64,000 bases of DNA from Isurus oxyrinchus (Eukaryota). The stretch's first letter is position 1; every line of letters begins with the position of its first letter. The position numbers were made by a program, and so were the translations under genes. Positions 51,521-63,779 of the stretch are shown here, in pieces. Below the pieces are notes generated by a model. It searched no databases, was not told the DNA's origin, and saw only the letters and a list, made by a program, of their open reading frames with translations. The stretch lies in the NCBI GenBank assembly GCA_026770705.1, contig JANJGN010000150.1, positions 558,001-622,000 of the forward strand, given 5' to 3'.

Positions 51521-52224
51521 AAGCTTATTCTTTCCATCAGCACAAACAACAATTTCCAAGCGGACTCCCATCAGCAGACAGAGTGCAATGAAACATCGGC
51601 ATGCCTGCTTCTTAATGTACGGAGAGAAACCTGCAACGAGAGATTGTCCTTCTTCTCCTCAGCAAGCTGAAACTTTTCCTTATACCTGGTGCTCCCCAGT
51701 CCTGCTGTGTGGACACATCATAACCACGGCATTGTCTGGCTGTGTGCAGCCAACATGGTCGAATAGGAATGAACAGAAATGTGACGTTGCTAAACTCTGT
51801 TCTCTGATTGGAATGTGCTTTCTGAATGCTGCACCTTTTTCATGCTGCGATAGATTGTAAGAAGCATTTGGGTTATGAATAAAATTACATTGATTAACTC
51901 AAGTGATTAAAATGTTCAGGCTGTTCTGTAGATATTTAAAGATTAAAATTCTTGTTTTGCTGCAAAATACTTGGCTCAAAGACATTAATTCATGTTGTCA
52001 CGTTTTCCAATCAGATGAATTCCTCTGTCCATCTTTATAATAGAAATTTCCAATGTAAACATGTCACATTGTAGCTTCACAAACTTGCCAGTGGCTGGTG
52101 TGATATCAAAGCTGTCTTGCTGTCGAGAAACAGCGAGAAATATTCCTGTTGTGTGCATGAACTTCATGTTAGCATGAGACACAGGCATCAGATGCAATTT
52201 TGTGCAATTTGTACAATGTTCGTT

Positions 52225-52810
52225 AGACAGCGCAGCACTCCCTCAGTACTGACCCTCCAACAGCGCAGCACTCCCTCAGTTCAGACCCTCCTACAGTGCA
52301 GCACTCCTTCAGATCAGACCCTCTGACAATGCAGCACTCCCTCAGTTCAAACCCTCCGACAGTGCAGCACTCCCTCAGTTCAGACCCTCCGACTGTGCAG
52401 CACTCCCTCAGTCCAAACCCTCAGACAGTGCAGCACTCCCTCAGTTCAGAACCTCCGACAGTGCAGCACTCTCTCAGTTCAGACCCTCCATCAGTGCAGC
52501 ACTCCCTCATTTCAGACCCTCCGACAGTGCAGCACTCCCTCAGTTCAGACCCTCCGACAGTGCAGCACTCCTTCAGTTCAGACCCTCCGACAGTGCAGCA
52601 CTCCCTCAGTTCAAACCCTCCGACAGTGCAGCACTCCCTCATTTCAGAGCCTCCGACAGTGCAGCACTCCCTCAGTTCAGAGCCTCCGACAGTGCAGCAC
52701 TCCCTCAGTTCAGACCCTCCGACAGTGCAGCACTCCCTCAGGACTGAACCTCCGACAGTGCCGCACTCCCTCAGTTCATACCCTCCGACAGTGCCGCACT
52801 ACCTCAGTTC
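52225..52810 (+). repeat. 33-bp satellite (cagttcag variant)
   Basis: Same family; smaller arrays at 45790-45985, 59610-59850 and 61850-62095. Confidence 0.9.
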
Positions 52811-54309
52811 TTCTCCGCCGATGCTGCCAGACCTGCTGAGTTTTTCCACGTATTTCTTTTTCTGTTTCTGTTTTGAATTTCCAGCATCTGCAGTTTTTTT
52901 GATTTTAGTCCTGGGCAGTTCCTCAGCAAGGATTCGGGCCACAAAACATTGCGAGTGCTGTGGGTCTGCGCCACGATTTAGAGAGCTGTGCTTGGCACGC
53001 CTATTCTAGTCCCAGTCCAGTGTGGTGGGGACAGCCTGGCAGTCCTGGGTTGGTGGTGCCCAGCATGGTGTGAGTGACGTGGTCAGTCCCTCACACACGT
53101 CGGTCCTGGGGGTGGGTGGCTTGATACTAGGCCGCAGGTGGCACAATCCCAGTCAGGGGAGGCATCTGCAGCCGGTCAATGGGGAGCAGGTAATATAGAG
53201 AGTAGGGGTGGGGGTGGGAATCGAGGGGGGCCGGTGGTCTCTGTAAGTCACAGTACAATGGGCCTCTAGTTGGAGAGAGGTCATGTCTACATGGGGCATT
53301 GGGATGTCAACATCAGACGGTCTAGGTAGGAGGACTGGGATGTCAACCCCGAACACAATAAGATCAAGGATTAGAGAGGAAGGGAGGAGACTGATTGGAA
53401 GGAGGGGAATGTGCACATTATGCTCCTCCAGCACGATGGGAGTGACTGTGACGGTTACGGGGGTCGGGGGGTGACGTGTGAGGGGATAGACGCTTACCTG
53501 GTGGTATTGCCTCAGCCCCACCCTTTTTCAAGCTGATCCAATGTTGCAGTTGAAGAATAAGCTACAAAACAAATTGGCAGGGGAGGTCTCCCAGGGCCTG
53601 TGGGAGACATCACCCACTGCATCTTCGGCCTGGTTGAAGGGGCACCCGAACAATTCCGGCTTTTCCAAATGATGAGGAAGACACAGCTGCACCCCGAGTC
53701 CCCTACTGGGGATCCAGAAGGTTGCAATAGCGCTGCGAGGGACTCATGGGCTCCACAGTGACTCCCTAATTAGCGACTGGAAGGTTTATGTTCATTTATC
53801 TTTATTATCCGTTCATATTGAGCAATGGAGCTCCTGATTTGTCACCTTTCTGTACCTCGTCCAATGCTTCTGTTATCAGGACTTCCACATCGATGTGAAA
53901 GAGCCATGATGATCGCAGACAGTCGCACAATGGGAATGGCACTAGGCCAGTGATCCAGAGGCCCAGGTGAATACTTTGAAGGCACGGGTTCAAATCCCAC
54001 CACGGCAGCTGGAGGAATTTCAGTTCGATTAATCAATAAATTTAATTGATTGATACATTTTTTTCTTATTCATTTCAGGGATGTTGGTGTCGCTGACTAG
54101 GCCAGTATTTGTTGCCCATCCTCATTTGCCTTTAAGAACATATGGATATCTGAGTTACGATCAGGAGTAGGTCACTCAGTCCCTCGAACCTGTTCCGCCA
54201 TTCAGTAAGATCATGGCTGATCTGATTGTCACCTCAACCTCACATTCCTGTCTACCCCCAATGACCTTTCACCCCCTTGTTAATCAAGAATCTATCTAGC
54301 TCTGTGGAA

Positions 54310-56275
54310 GGGGAGCCAATCAATCGGGCTGCTTTGTCCTGGATGGTGTCAAGCTTCTTGAGTGTTGTTGGAGCTGTGCTCATCCAGGCATGTGGAGAGT
54401 ATTCCATCACACTCCTGACTTGTGCGTTGTAGATGGTGGACAGGCTTTGGGGAGTCAGGAGGTGAGTTACTGTCTGCAGGGTTCCCAGCCTCTGACCTGC
54501 TCTTGCAGCCACATTGTTTATCTGGCTGGTCCAGTTCAGTTTCTGCTCAATGGTAACTCCCAGGATGTTGATATTGGGGGATTCATTGATGGTAATGCCA
54601 TTGAATGCCAAGGGGCGATGGTTATGAATGGTCTGTGGAATATTCTGGTACAAAATTTCAACACTCGGACTCCAGATGCAATATTCAAGTGGTTCCTTTA
54701 TTACGCATGTGGGGAGCAAACGCTGAGCAGTCCAGGCGCTTCTCCACCGAGGTTCAAATGAGCGCAGTTTATATATTTTTTACTCTCAGTTACAAGGTAA
54801 TGGTATTAGTTAGACAAAGGCCACAGCACAATGATCCTCCGGTGGGCTGATAATTGTGTTCTTGTTCAGTAATTACAGGGCAGAGACTGGCTACTGTCCT
54901 TTTGAGACAGCAAAGAATCTATGTTTGTTCAATACAAAAGGTTTCCGGGGGCTGACTGGATGTGGTTCAAGGCCATCGGACGGTGTGAAATAACCTTCCC
55001 CATTTCTTGATTGAGTCACCCTGTGTCCTTGTGTGTGTGTCTCCCATTTCCTCATTGCAAATTTCCAGCTGAGCCCTTAGTACAGGTTTTTAAGTTTTCA
55101 TGTAAGGATGTGTACGCTTTGGCGCCCTAGCTGCTGGTCCTGGCTGGCTCTTGAACATAAATCCAAATTTTCTGCACCTTCAATTAGATTCTCTCTTGTT
55201 GGAGCTGGTCATTGCCTGGTACTTGTGTGGCATGAATGTTACTTGTCACCTGTCAGCCCAAGCCTTGGATGTTGTCCAGGTCTTGCAGCATTTGGACATA
55301 ACTTGCTTCAGTATCTGAGGAGCCGTGAATGGTGCTGAACATTGTGCAAACATCAGCAAACATCCCCACTTCTGACCTTATGATGGAAGGAAGGTCATTG
55401 ATGAAGCAGCTGAAGATGTTTGAGCCTAGGACACTACCCTGAGCAACTCCTGCAGTGATGTCCTGGAACTGAGATGATTGACCCCCAATAATCACAACCA
55501 TCGTCCTTTGTGCTGGGTATGACTCCAAGCAGCGGAGAGTTTTCCCCCCGATTCCCATTGACTCCAGTTTTGCTCGGGCTCCTTGATTTGCCACACTCAG
55601 TCAAATGCTGCCTTGATGTCAAGGACAGTCACTCTCACCTCACCTCTGGAGTTCAGCTCATTTGTGCATGTTTGAGCCAAGGCTGTAATGAGGCCAGGAG
55701 CTGAATGATCCTGGTGGAACACAAACTGAGCGTCAGTGAGCAGGTTCTTGCTAAGCAGGTGCTGCTTGCAAGCGCTGTTGATGACCCCTTCCATCACTTT
55801 AGTAATGATCAAGAATAGACTGCTGGGTAATTGGCTGGGTTGGATTTGTCCTGCTTTTTGTGTACAGGACGTACCCCATAGCCGGGCAGTTGCCAGTGTT
55901 GCAGCTGTACTAGAAAAGTCCAGAAAAGCTTGGCTAGGGGCGCAGCAAGTTCTGGAGCACAAGTCTTCAGTACTATTGCCAGAATATTGTCAGGGCCTGG
56001 AGCCTTTGCAATATCCAGTGCCTTCAGCCCTTTCTTGATATCACGTGGAATTAATCGAATTGGCTAAAGATTGGCATCTCTGATGCTGGGGACCTCAGGA
56101 GGAGGCCGAGATGGATCACCCACTCAGCACTTCTGGCTGAAGATTGTTGCGCATGCTTCAGTCTTGTCTTTTGCACCGATGTGCTGGGCTCCTCCATCAT
56201 TGAGGATGGGGATATTTGTGGAGACTCCTCCTCCAGTGAGTTGTTTAATTGTCCACGACTGGATGTGACATCTGG
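54310..56275 (-). mobile_element. CR1/L2-clade LINE fragment with a nested insertion
   Basis: VLDIKAAFD, GVAQGSVLGSNIFSCFINDLP..MFADVCT, QVRSVMEYS. Confidence 0.85.
54625..55182. mobile_element. Solo-LTR-like insertion (TGAA...TTCA), flanked by gtta/atta
   Basis: Interrupts LINE ggggcgatggtta|...|gattctctcttgttggag; 4-bp terminal inverted repeat. Confidence 0.6.
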
Positions 56276-59032
56276 AATGCGAAGCTAGTCTCAGTAATGG
56301 TGACCATGAAACTAAGGCCAATTGTTGCAAAAACCCATCTGGGTCACTAATGCCCTTTGGGGAAGGAAACCTGCCGTCCTTACCCATTCTGGCCTACGTG
56401 TGACTCCTGACCCACAGCAATGTGGTTGACTCTTAACTGGCCCCTGAAATGGCCGAGCAAGCCACTGAGTTATATCAAAACCTGCCACAGACCAGTCAAA
56501 CCAGGCGAACTGCAGCACTTCGAAAAGGCAGCTCAGCACCCCCTTCTCAAGGGGTCAGTCAGGAACAGGTAACAAACGCTGTCCACATCCCGTGAAAGAA
56601 TTTTGGTAAAAAGGTAGCCGTGTATCACCACCCACGGCCAGCGCCAACCCCCCCACCCCTACCTGATTGCACCAGTTTCAGATTACACCAGGTCAATGAT
56701 CGGATAGAAACTCAAACCAATGAGATGAGCACAGAGAAGGATCAAGCCAGAGAGAGTTGGTGGGAAGAATTGGGAAAGCAACAAAAAAGGCAGAGCGGAC
56801 ACTAACACTATAACAAAGTAAAGACCAGAGGAGGAAGGAAGCAAGTGCGAAGAGGAATTGAGAGCAGAGCTGGTAGGCTGCTTGTCGAAGCCAAGGAACC
56901 TCCATAGGGCACATCCACAGTGCTGTTGGGGAGGGTGATACATGATTTTGACCCAGGATCATCAAGTGTTGCACTGGCAGAGCCTTTAAAGTAAAGGGAC
57001 CTTTACTGCCCATGCACCCCCCCGCCCTACAAAGCTGTTGACCTGCTGAGTCCACCTGTACAGGCAACCTCCAGACAGTTGGCTACAGAGGCCATTGCAG
57101 CTGCTGAATATGACTTCCAGTTTCAAACCCTTCATGAATGCAAGGATGGAGAATTCAGCAGGAATATTCCTGCACACCCTGTGGCAGATCCTGTAAATAA
57201 AAGGGACCTTCACTCACTCCCCAAAGCTGCTGACCTGCTGATTCACATCTACAGGCAACCTCCAAATAGTCAACTAGAGAAGATAACGCAGCTGCTGAAT
57301 GTGACTCCTAGTTTTAAACCCTTCACTCTGGAAAGAAGGAATCCAGAGCAATGGCCTCAGTATGATTCTTCACAGAAACTGATTTTAAATCTCATGTCTA
57401 AGTATTATTTTTCCTTTGCTTACATTTTAATCCCTGCACCTGATGGCTTTATCGCTTCACATTTAATAACTTTCAGCAGGAGCCACGTTCAAATTGAATG
57501 GACAAGCTGGCTTGGGAGGCCAAAAGGCCTACTCCTGCTTCTGTTTATTTATGTTAGTGTTGTTATGTAGTGGAACTAGAGAGGTTATATCAGTTATGAG
57601 AACATTAAGCAAACAGCAGCAAGAATTGAACACCTACGTTGTGGTTTATGAAAAGGTTTTCAACCTGGTCAACTGGTAAAATCTGTTGAAAGTGGGCTAT
57701 CATGGCGTGTGCCCTTTGTGAGATATTTGTAACAACGTTCTCGATGTCGGAACAGCTTGCATTGAACAAAGCTGATCTTTACCCAGAACTTCAGAGGAAG
57801 GGGGGACAATTGTTCCCTGGTGTGGGGGGCATGGTGGGGGGGGAGGGTGAGGGAGAGACAAGTAGCCTGAAGTACCAAGCCAGACACTTTGTGAAGACAA
57901 AAGTTGTTTATTCATTTTTTTTTACAAATCATAATCTTTACAATTAAAGACCCGACAAGATAATGGTGAATCATGAACACATTGTCGGGGTGAATCTGTG
58001 CCCGGGAGCATAAAGCAGCAAAATCAGGAGCCCGCTTTACATCTCTCTGAATTTTAACTATCATTAACCCCAGTAACATCCATTCAAATGACTTAGTCAT
58101 AAGATTCCTCACACATTCACTTGCACACTCACACACCCACACCCACACAGACACACTGACACACTCACTCATTCACATTGACACACACTGACACAGTCAC
58201 ACACACCCACACAGACACACTGACACACTCACTCATTCACATTGACACACACTGAAACAGTCACACACACCCACACAGACACACTGACACACTCACTCAT
58301 TCACATTGACACACACTGACACAGTCACACACACACATACACACACACACGCTGACACAATCACACACATTCACATTGACACACACATATTGACAGTCAC
58401 ACATACACACACACACTCACTCATAAAGACAGACACAAACACAGCCACGCACACACTAACACATACTCACACACACTCACTCACGCACACACACATTGAT
58501 ACACTCAAACACTCACAGACACACTCACATACTCACACATAAACAAAGAAGTTTACATTATAAACACTATAAACACAGGTTAGATTAAAAGTGCAGTATA
58601 TTGGTACAAAGATAGGCCATAATGAAAACTTCAATATGAGATCGTCACTAATAAATCCAATGGGGATTTCAGGAGAAATCTCTTCACCCAGACAGTGGGG
58701 AGAATGTGGAACTCGCTCCCACAGAGAGTAGTTGAGGTGAATAGTGTCGATGTATTTAAGGGGAAGCTGGATAAACACACGAGGGAGAAATGAATAGAAG
58801 GATATGGTGATGGGGTGAGATGGAGAAGGGGTGGGCGGAGTCTCGTGAGGAGCAGGAACACCAGCATGGAGCAGATGGGCCAAATGGCTTCTTTCCCTGC
58901 TGTAAAACGCAGGTAAAGTTTCAGTTGGAATTAATGAACAGGGCCTGTGTTAAATAGATTGCTAAGCAGTAGATAAGGAGGGGAGAGGCTGTGGCATGGT
59001 GCAGGATGACCTTGCGTGAATGAGGCCAGGGT

Positions 59033-59149
59033 CTAATATCTACAGCAGAGACCACAAGTCTCATTTGGTTCTCTCCAATTACAGCAGTTACAGCAGAATC
59101 TGCAGAGCTGCTGTCTGCCCATTCTCTTCTGGCGCTGCAGCAAGGAGCC
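59033..59149 (-). CDS. HAMP: Hepcidin exon 3 (furin site + mature peptide)
   Basis: Acceptor ttttccag. 117 nt = 38 codons + TAG. Pattern C-x2-CC-x-CC-x8-C-x2-CC. Confidence 0.95.
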   Translation of the reverse strand, partial: GSLLQRQKRMGRQQLCRFCCNCCNWREPNETCGLCCRY

Positions 59150-62100
59150 CTGGAAAAGCAGGAGGACAATAGGTGAGAACATTCCGGAAAGAAAGAAGGC
59201 ATCATTTCAATCAGGCGCGTCATTGGAAGGAGGATGGCGCATTTCTATAGCGCCTTTCCCCTCCTCAGGATGGCCCAAAGTGTTCCACAGCTGAAGGAAG
59301 GACTTTTTCTGAAGTGAGCTCACCGCTGTAATGTAGGAAACGCAGCAGGCAATTCACGCACAGCAAGATCCCACAAACAGAAATGTGATAATGGCCCCGA
59401 TTTTCAGTTTTTTACCAATGTCAGTTGAGGGATAAATGTTTGCCCCAGGAAAGCAGACATAACTGCATCTCATCCACCCCCCACCACCCCCTCCACACAT
59501 ACCCCCAACTCCTGACGCACTTCATCTAAATTGTGGCCATGGAATCCTCTATATCCACCTGAGAGGGCAGATGTTGTCTCAGTTTAACATCTCATCTGAA
59601 AGACAGCGCCTTCAACAGTGCAGCACCCCCTCAGTACTGACCCTCCGACTGTGCAGTACTCCCTCAGTACTGACCGTCTGACAATGCAGCACCCCCTCAG
59701 TACTGACCCTCCGACTGTGCAGTCCCCCACCGGTACTGACCCTCTGACAGTGCAGCACTCCAAGACTGACCGTCTGACAATGCAGCACCCCCTCAGTACT
59801 GACCCTCCGACTGTCCTGCCCCCCCGCCGGTACTGACCCTCCGACAGCTCGGTAATTTCTCAATTACGCCTGGTGGTCCTTTTAACTCAGAGCTGAGAGT
59901 TGCAGAGAATCGAGCAGACACCCTGAACTGACACTTGCAGTGCAAGTACTGGGAGCGCGCTGGTCATTATCATGCTGCTGTCTGTGGGATCTTACTGTGC
60001 GCCAATGGCTGATTCTTTTCCCACAGTACATCAGTGACCTCACATGAAAGAAAAAAAGCACTTGATTGTCTGCGAAACACTTTGGGACGTCCTGATGTGT
60101 TGGAAGGCGCTAGAGAAATGCAAGTCCTCTTTGTCTTTCACTCGATCCTCTAAGGTGTCTGTTGATTAACCAGCCTCTCGGTGTATGATGTAGGCCTGGT
60201 TATAAACAGTTAGAAGGATCAAATATCAAAAGTGCTTTGGCTGACAGTCAAACCGATTGTGCATTCGGAGAGATTAGATATGGTCTGCACACAATGACTC
60301 CAGTCTCTGGCACTGACTGCCGCCTGGGGTCTCCCTTCCACATAACACTCACAACTTGCATTTACACAGCGCCTCTGACATTGCAAAATGTCCCAGCCCA
60401 CATTACCGGAGCGTAAATCAGAGAGAAGTCTAACACTGAGTCACATATGGAGATATTAGGGATAGGTGACCAAAAGCTTGGTCAAAGATGTCAGTTTTTA
60501 AGGAGCGTCTTAAAGGAGAGAGAGAGAGAGAGGCAGAGAGGTTAAGGGAGGGTATTCCGGAGCTCAGGGCCCCAGGCAGCTGAAGGCACGGCCACCAATG
60601 GTGGAGCGATGGGAATCAGGGGGACCCGGGAGATGCAGTAATGTCAGAGATTTTGGAGGAACATCGGGACCGGAGGAGGTGTTCTCCTGCTCCATATCTC
60701 TCTCTCTCTTCCTCTCATCCACTCCTCCTCTCCCTGTCTCTCTCTCTCCTACTCTTCCTCTCAATTGCCCTCTCTCCCAATCTTTCTCTCCTCTCTCCCT
60801 TTTCCTGTCTCTCTCCCTCTCTCTCTCCCTGTCTCATTCTCCCACTCTGTATCTCTCCCTCTCTCTCACACTATTTTTGTACCTTTCGCTCACTCTGTAA
60901 CTCTCCCTTTCCTGTTAATTTCTCTCTCTTGGACAATCTCTCTTCCCTTTTCACTTTCCCTCACTCTGCATCTCTTCTTTAATTTCTCCCTCTGTCACTC
61001 TCTCCCACCTATGTTCTTTCCCTTTCACCCCTCCCCGTCCCACTCTCTGTCTCTCTCTTCCAATCCCTCCCTCCCCCATTCCATCCCTCTCTCCGACTCT
61101 CGACTCCCAGCCTCTCTTTAACCCACTCCCAGGCTGGATCAGTCTCCCTCTCACTATTCCCGGCGTGGGTTACATTTAAAATTCCTGTGGGGATATGTTC
61201 ACTTCCTTGGAATTGCCTCTTCCCAGCTTTGCAAAAAAAGTTGGGGGGGGGGGCTCGATTTCAAACATGCCTCCTGAGTATAACCGAGACAGACTGCCAC
61301 TGAAATCAGCTTGAAATCAGAAAACTTTCTGTGGAAGAAACGAGCAGGGAGAAACCTTAAAATAAGGAATGAATTTCCACCTACCGTGTCCGGGGAATCC
61401 ACAGATTTCTCAATCGTCGAAGAACCTAAAGCAGTGTCAACCTGCAAAAAGAAAGAATTTATCAGGGAGAAAGTGAGAGGAGGATTGAGGGAGAGGGAGA
61501 GAGAGAGAGAGAGGTACAGGAGAGAGAGGGGGAGGAGGACAGACTTGCATTTCTCTAACGCCTTTCACCACATCCCAAAGCATTTCACAGCCACTGAAGG
61601 ATGTTTTTGAAGTGCACTCACACTGTAGGAAATGTGGCAGCTGATTTGTGCACAGCAAGATCCCACAAATAGCAATGTGATCATGGCCTAGATCATCTGT
61701 TTTTGGTGATGTTGGGTGAGGGATAAATATTGGTGCCAGGACACCGGGGAGAACTCCCCCTGCTCTTCCTCCAAATAGTGGCTGTGGGATCTTTCACACC
61801 CGCCCGAGAGGGCAGACGGGGGACTCAGTTTAATGTCTCATTCAACATTGTTGCGCTCCCTCAGTACTAACCCTTTGACACTGCAGCACTCCCTTAGTAT
61901 TAACCCTTCGATAGTGCTGCGCTCCCTCAGTACTGTCCCTCCGTCAGTGCAGCTCTATTTCAGTACTAACCCTTCGACACAGCAGCACTCCCTCAGTACT
62001 GACCTCCGACAGTATAGCACTCCCTCAGTACTGTCCCTCCAATAGTGCAACACTTCCACACTACTGACCCTCTGAGAGTGCAGCACTCCCTCAGCACGGA

Positions 62101-63713
62101 GCGTTTATCTACATTATGGGACTGAATTCCCTGGAGTGAGACTCAGACCAGTGATTTAGGTAGGGTTGTGGGGGCTGGAGGAGGTTACAGCGATAGGGAG
62201 GGCTGTAGAGGCTGTAGGAGGTTACAGAGAAAGGGAGGGTTGTAAGGGCTGTAGGAAGTTACAGAGATAGGGAGGGTTGTAGAGGCTGTAGGAGGTTACA
62301 GAGATAGGGAGGGTTGTAGGGGCTGGAGGAGGTTACAGAAATAGGGAGGGCTGTAGAGGCTGTAGGAGGTTACAGAGATAGGGAGGGTTGTAAGGGCTGT
62401 AGGAAGTTACAGAGATAGGGAGGGTTGTAGAGGCTGTAGGAGGTTACAGAGATGGGGGAGTTGTGGGGGCTGGAGGAGGTTACAGAGGTAGGGAGGTGTG
62501 TAGGGGCTGTAGGAGGTTACAGAGATGGGGTGGTTGTGGGGGCTGGAGGAGGTTACAGATGTAGGGAGGGTTGTAGAGGCTGGAGGAGGTTACCAAAATA
62601 GACACTGCTGTAGGGGCCACAGTAGGTTACAGAGATAGGGAGAGTTATAGTGTGGAGAGGAGCTTATAGAGTTCAGGAGGATTGTAGGGGCTGGAGGAGG
62701 TTACAGTGATTGTGAGGGTTGTGGGGCCTGGAGGATTTTACAGAGATAGGGAGGGTTGTAGGGTCTGGAGCAGGTTACAGAGATAGGGAGGGTTGTAGGG
62801 TCTGGAGCAGGTTACAGAGATAGGGAGGGTTGTAGGGTCTGGAGCAGGTTACAGAGATAGGGAGGGTTGTAGGGTCTGGAGGAGGTTACAGTGATCGTGA
62901 GGGTTGTGGGGCCTGGGGGAGGTTACAGAGATAGGGAGTGTTGTGGGGACTGTAGGAGGTTACATAGATAGGGAGGGTTGTCGGGTCTGGAGGAGGTTAC
63001 AGAGATAGGGAGGGTTATAGGGACTGGAGGAGGTTACAGAGATAGGGAGGGTTGTAGAGACTGTAGGATGTTACAGAGATAGGGATTGTTGTAGGGGCTG
63101 GAGGAGGTTACAGAGATAGGGAGGGTTGTAGGGGCTGGAGGAGGTTACAGAGATAGGGAGGGTTGTAGGGGCTGGAGGATGTTACAGAGATAGGGAGGGT
63201 TGTAGGGGCTGGAGGAGGTTACAGAGATAGGGAGGGTTGTAGGGGCTGGAGGAGGTTACAGAGATAGGGAGGGTTGTACGGGCTGGAGGAGGTTACAGAG
63301 ATAGGGAGGGTTGTAGGGGTTGGAGGAAGTTACAGAGATAGGGAGGGTTGTAGGGGCTGGAGCAGGTTACAGAAATAGGGAGGGTTGTACGGGCTGGTGG
63401 AGGTTACAGAGATAGGGAGTCGCTGAGGAGGGATTGAAAACAAGAATGAGAATTTCAGGGGAAATGACAGAAGGAAATGATGTTAAATTCATAGAGGGTG
63501 ACAATATTAAAGGCACGAACATAATAATATCAAACTGCGGAAGAGACCAGTCTATCTGGGTGGTAGACGTAGAGTCATGTGCAAGAAACACCTCACCCAG
63601 AGGGACATCTCTTAGCTTAACCTCGACAAGGAGAAGAAGTGACTCAGCTGCAGGGAGAGCAGCAAAGTCAGAGTGAACAAGACAAGTCGCCATTTCATCT
63701 GGGAGCTTCCCAT
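59033..63713 (-). CDS. HAMP: Hepcidin (prepro-hepcidin), 3 coding exons: 63713/63698..63622 (or ..63597), 61441..61385, 59149..59033; exon 1 frame is disrupted as assembled
   Basis: Exon 3 gives GSLLQRQKR|MGRQQLCRFCCNCCNWREPNETCGLCCRY*: an RQKR furin site plus the 8-Cys hepcidin pattern. Exon 2 is a phase 0-0 pro-region. Exon 1 is the hydrophobic leader MKWRLVLFTLTLLLSLQL. TATA and GGCGCC lie upstream, and Siglec/CD22-like genes are adjacent. Confidence 0.9.
61385..61441 (-). CDS. HAMP: Hepcidin exon 2 (pro-region VDTALGSSTIEKSVDSPDT)
   Basis: Acceptor ttctttttgcag, donor ACG|gtaggt. 57 nt, phase 0-0, in frame with exon 3. Confidence 0.8.
61545..61845. mobile_element. Short interspersed repeat (SINE-like); copies at 7820-8085, 25650-25925 and 59230-59610
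   Basis: Shared ~280-nt sequence (gcacagcaagatcccacaaa...ctccaaatagtggctgtgggatctttcacacc). Confidence 0.7.
62155..63420 (-). repeat. 37-bp minisatellite in hepcidin intron 1
   Basis: Same unit as 1990-2610, opposite orientation. Confidence 0.92.
63622..63713 (-). CDS. HAMP: Hepcidin exon 1 (signal peptide (MGSSQ)MKWRLVLFTLTLLLSLQLSHFFSLS)
   Basis: ATGs at 63713 and 63698, ~75-90 nt after a TATAA, encode a signal-peptide-like stretch. Donor gag|gttaag at 63621 is one base out of phase. The alternative donor tgg|gtgagg at 63596 is in phase but includes TAA at 63614-63612. Confidence 0.7.
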
Positions 63714-63779
63714 CTCTGCCTGTCTCTTCTGATCTTCTGGCTCTGCTTTGATGCTTTGGTTTGTAACTAGAGGAGCTTC

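Noticed and set aside
59086-59172. Apparent plus-strand exon (ttacag...gtgaga)
   Set aside because: It is the antisense of hepcidin exon 3, which explains the sequence far better.
58921-59223. 100-aa minus-strand ORF in the track
   Set aside because: Wrong frame over hepcidin exon 3.
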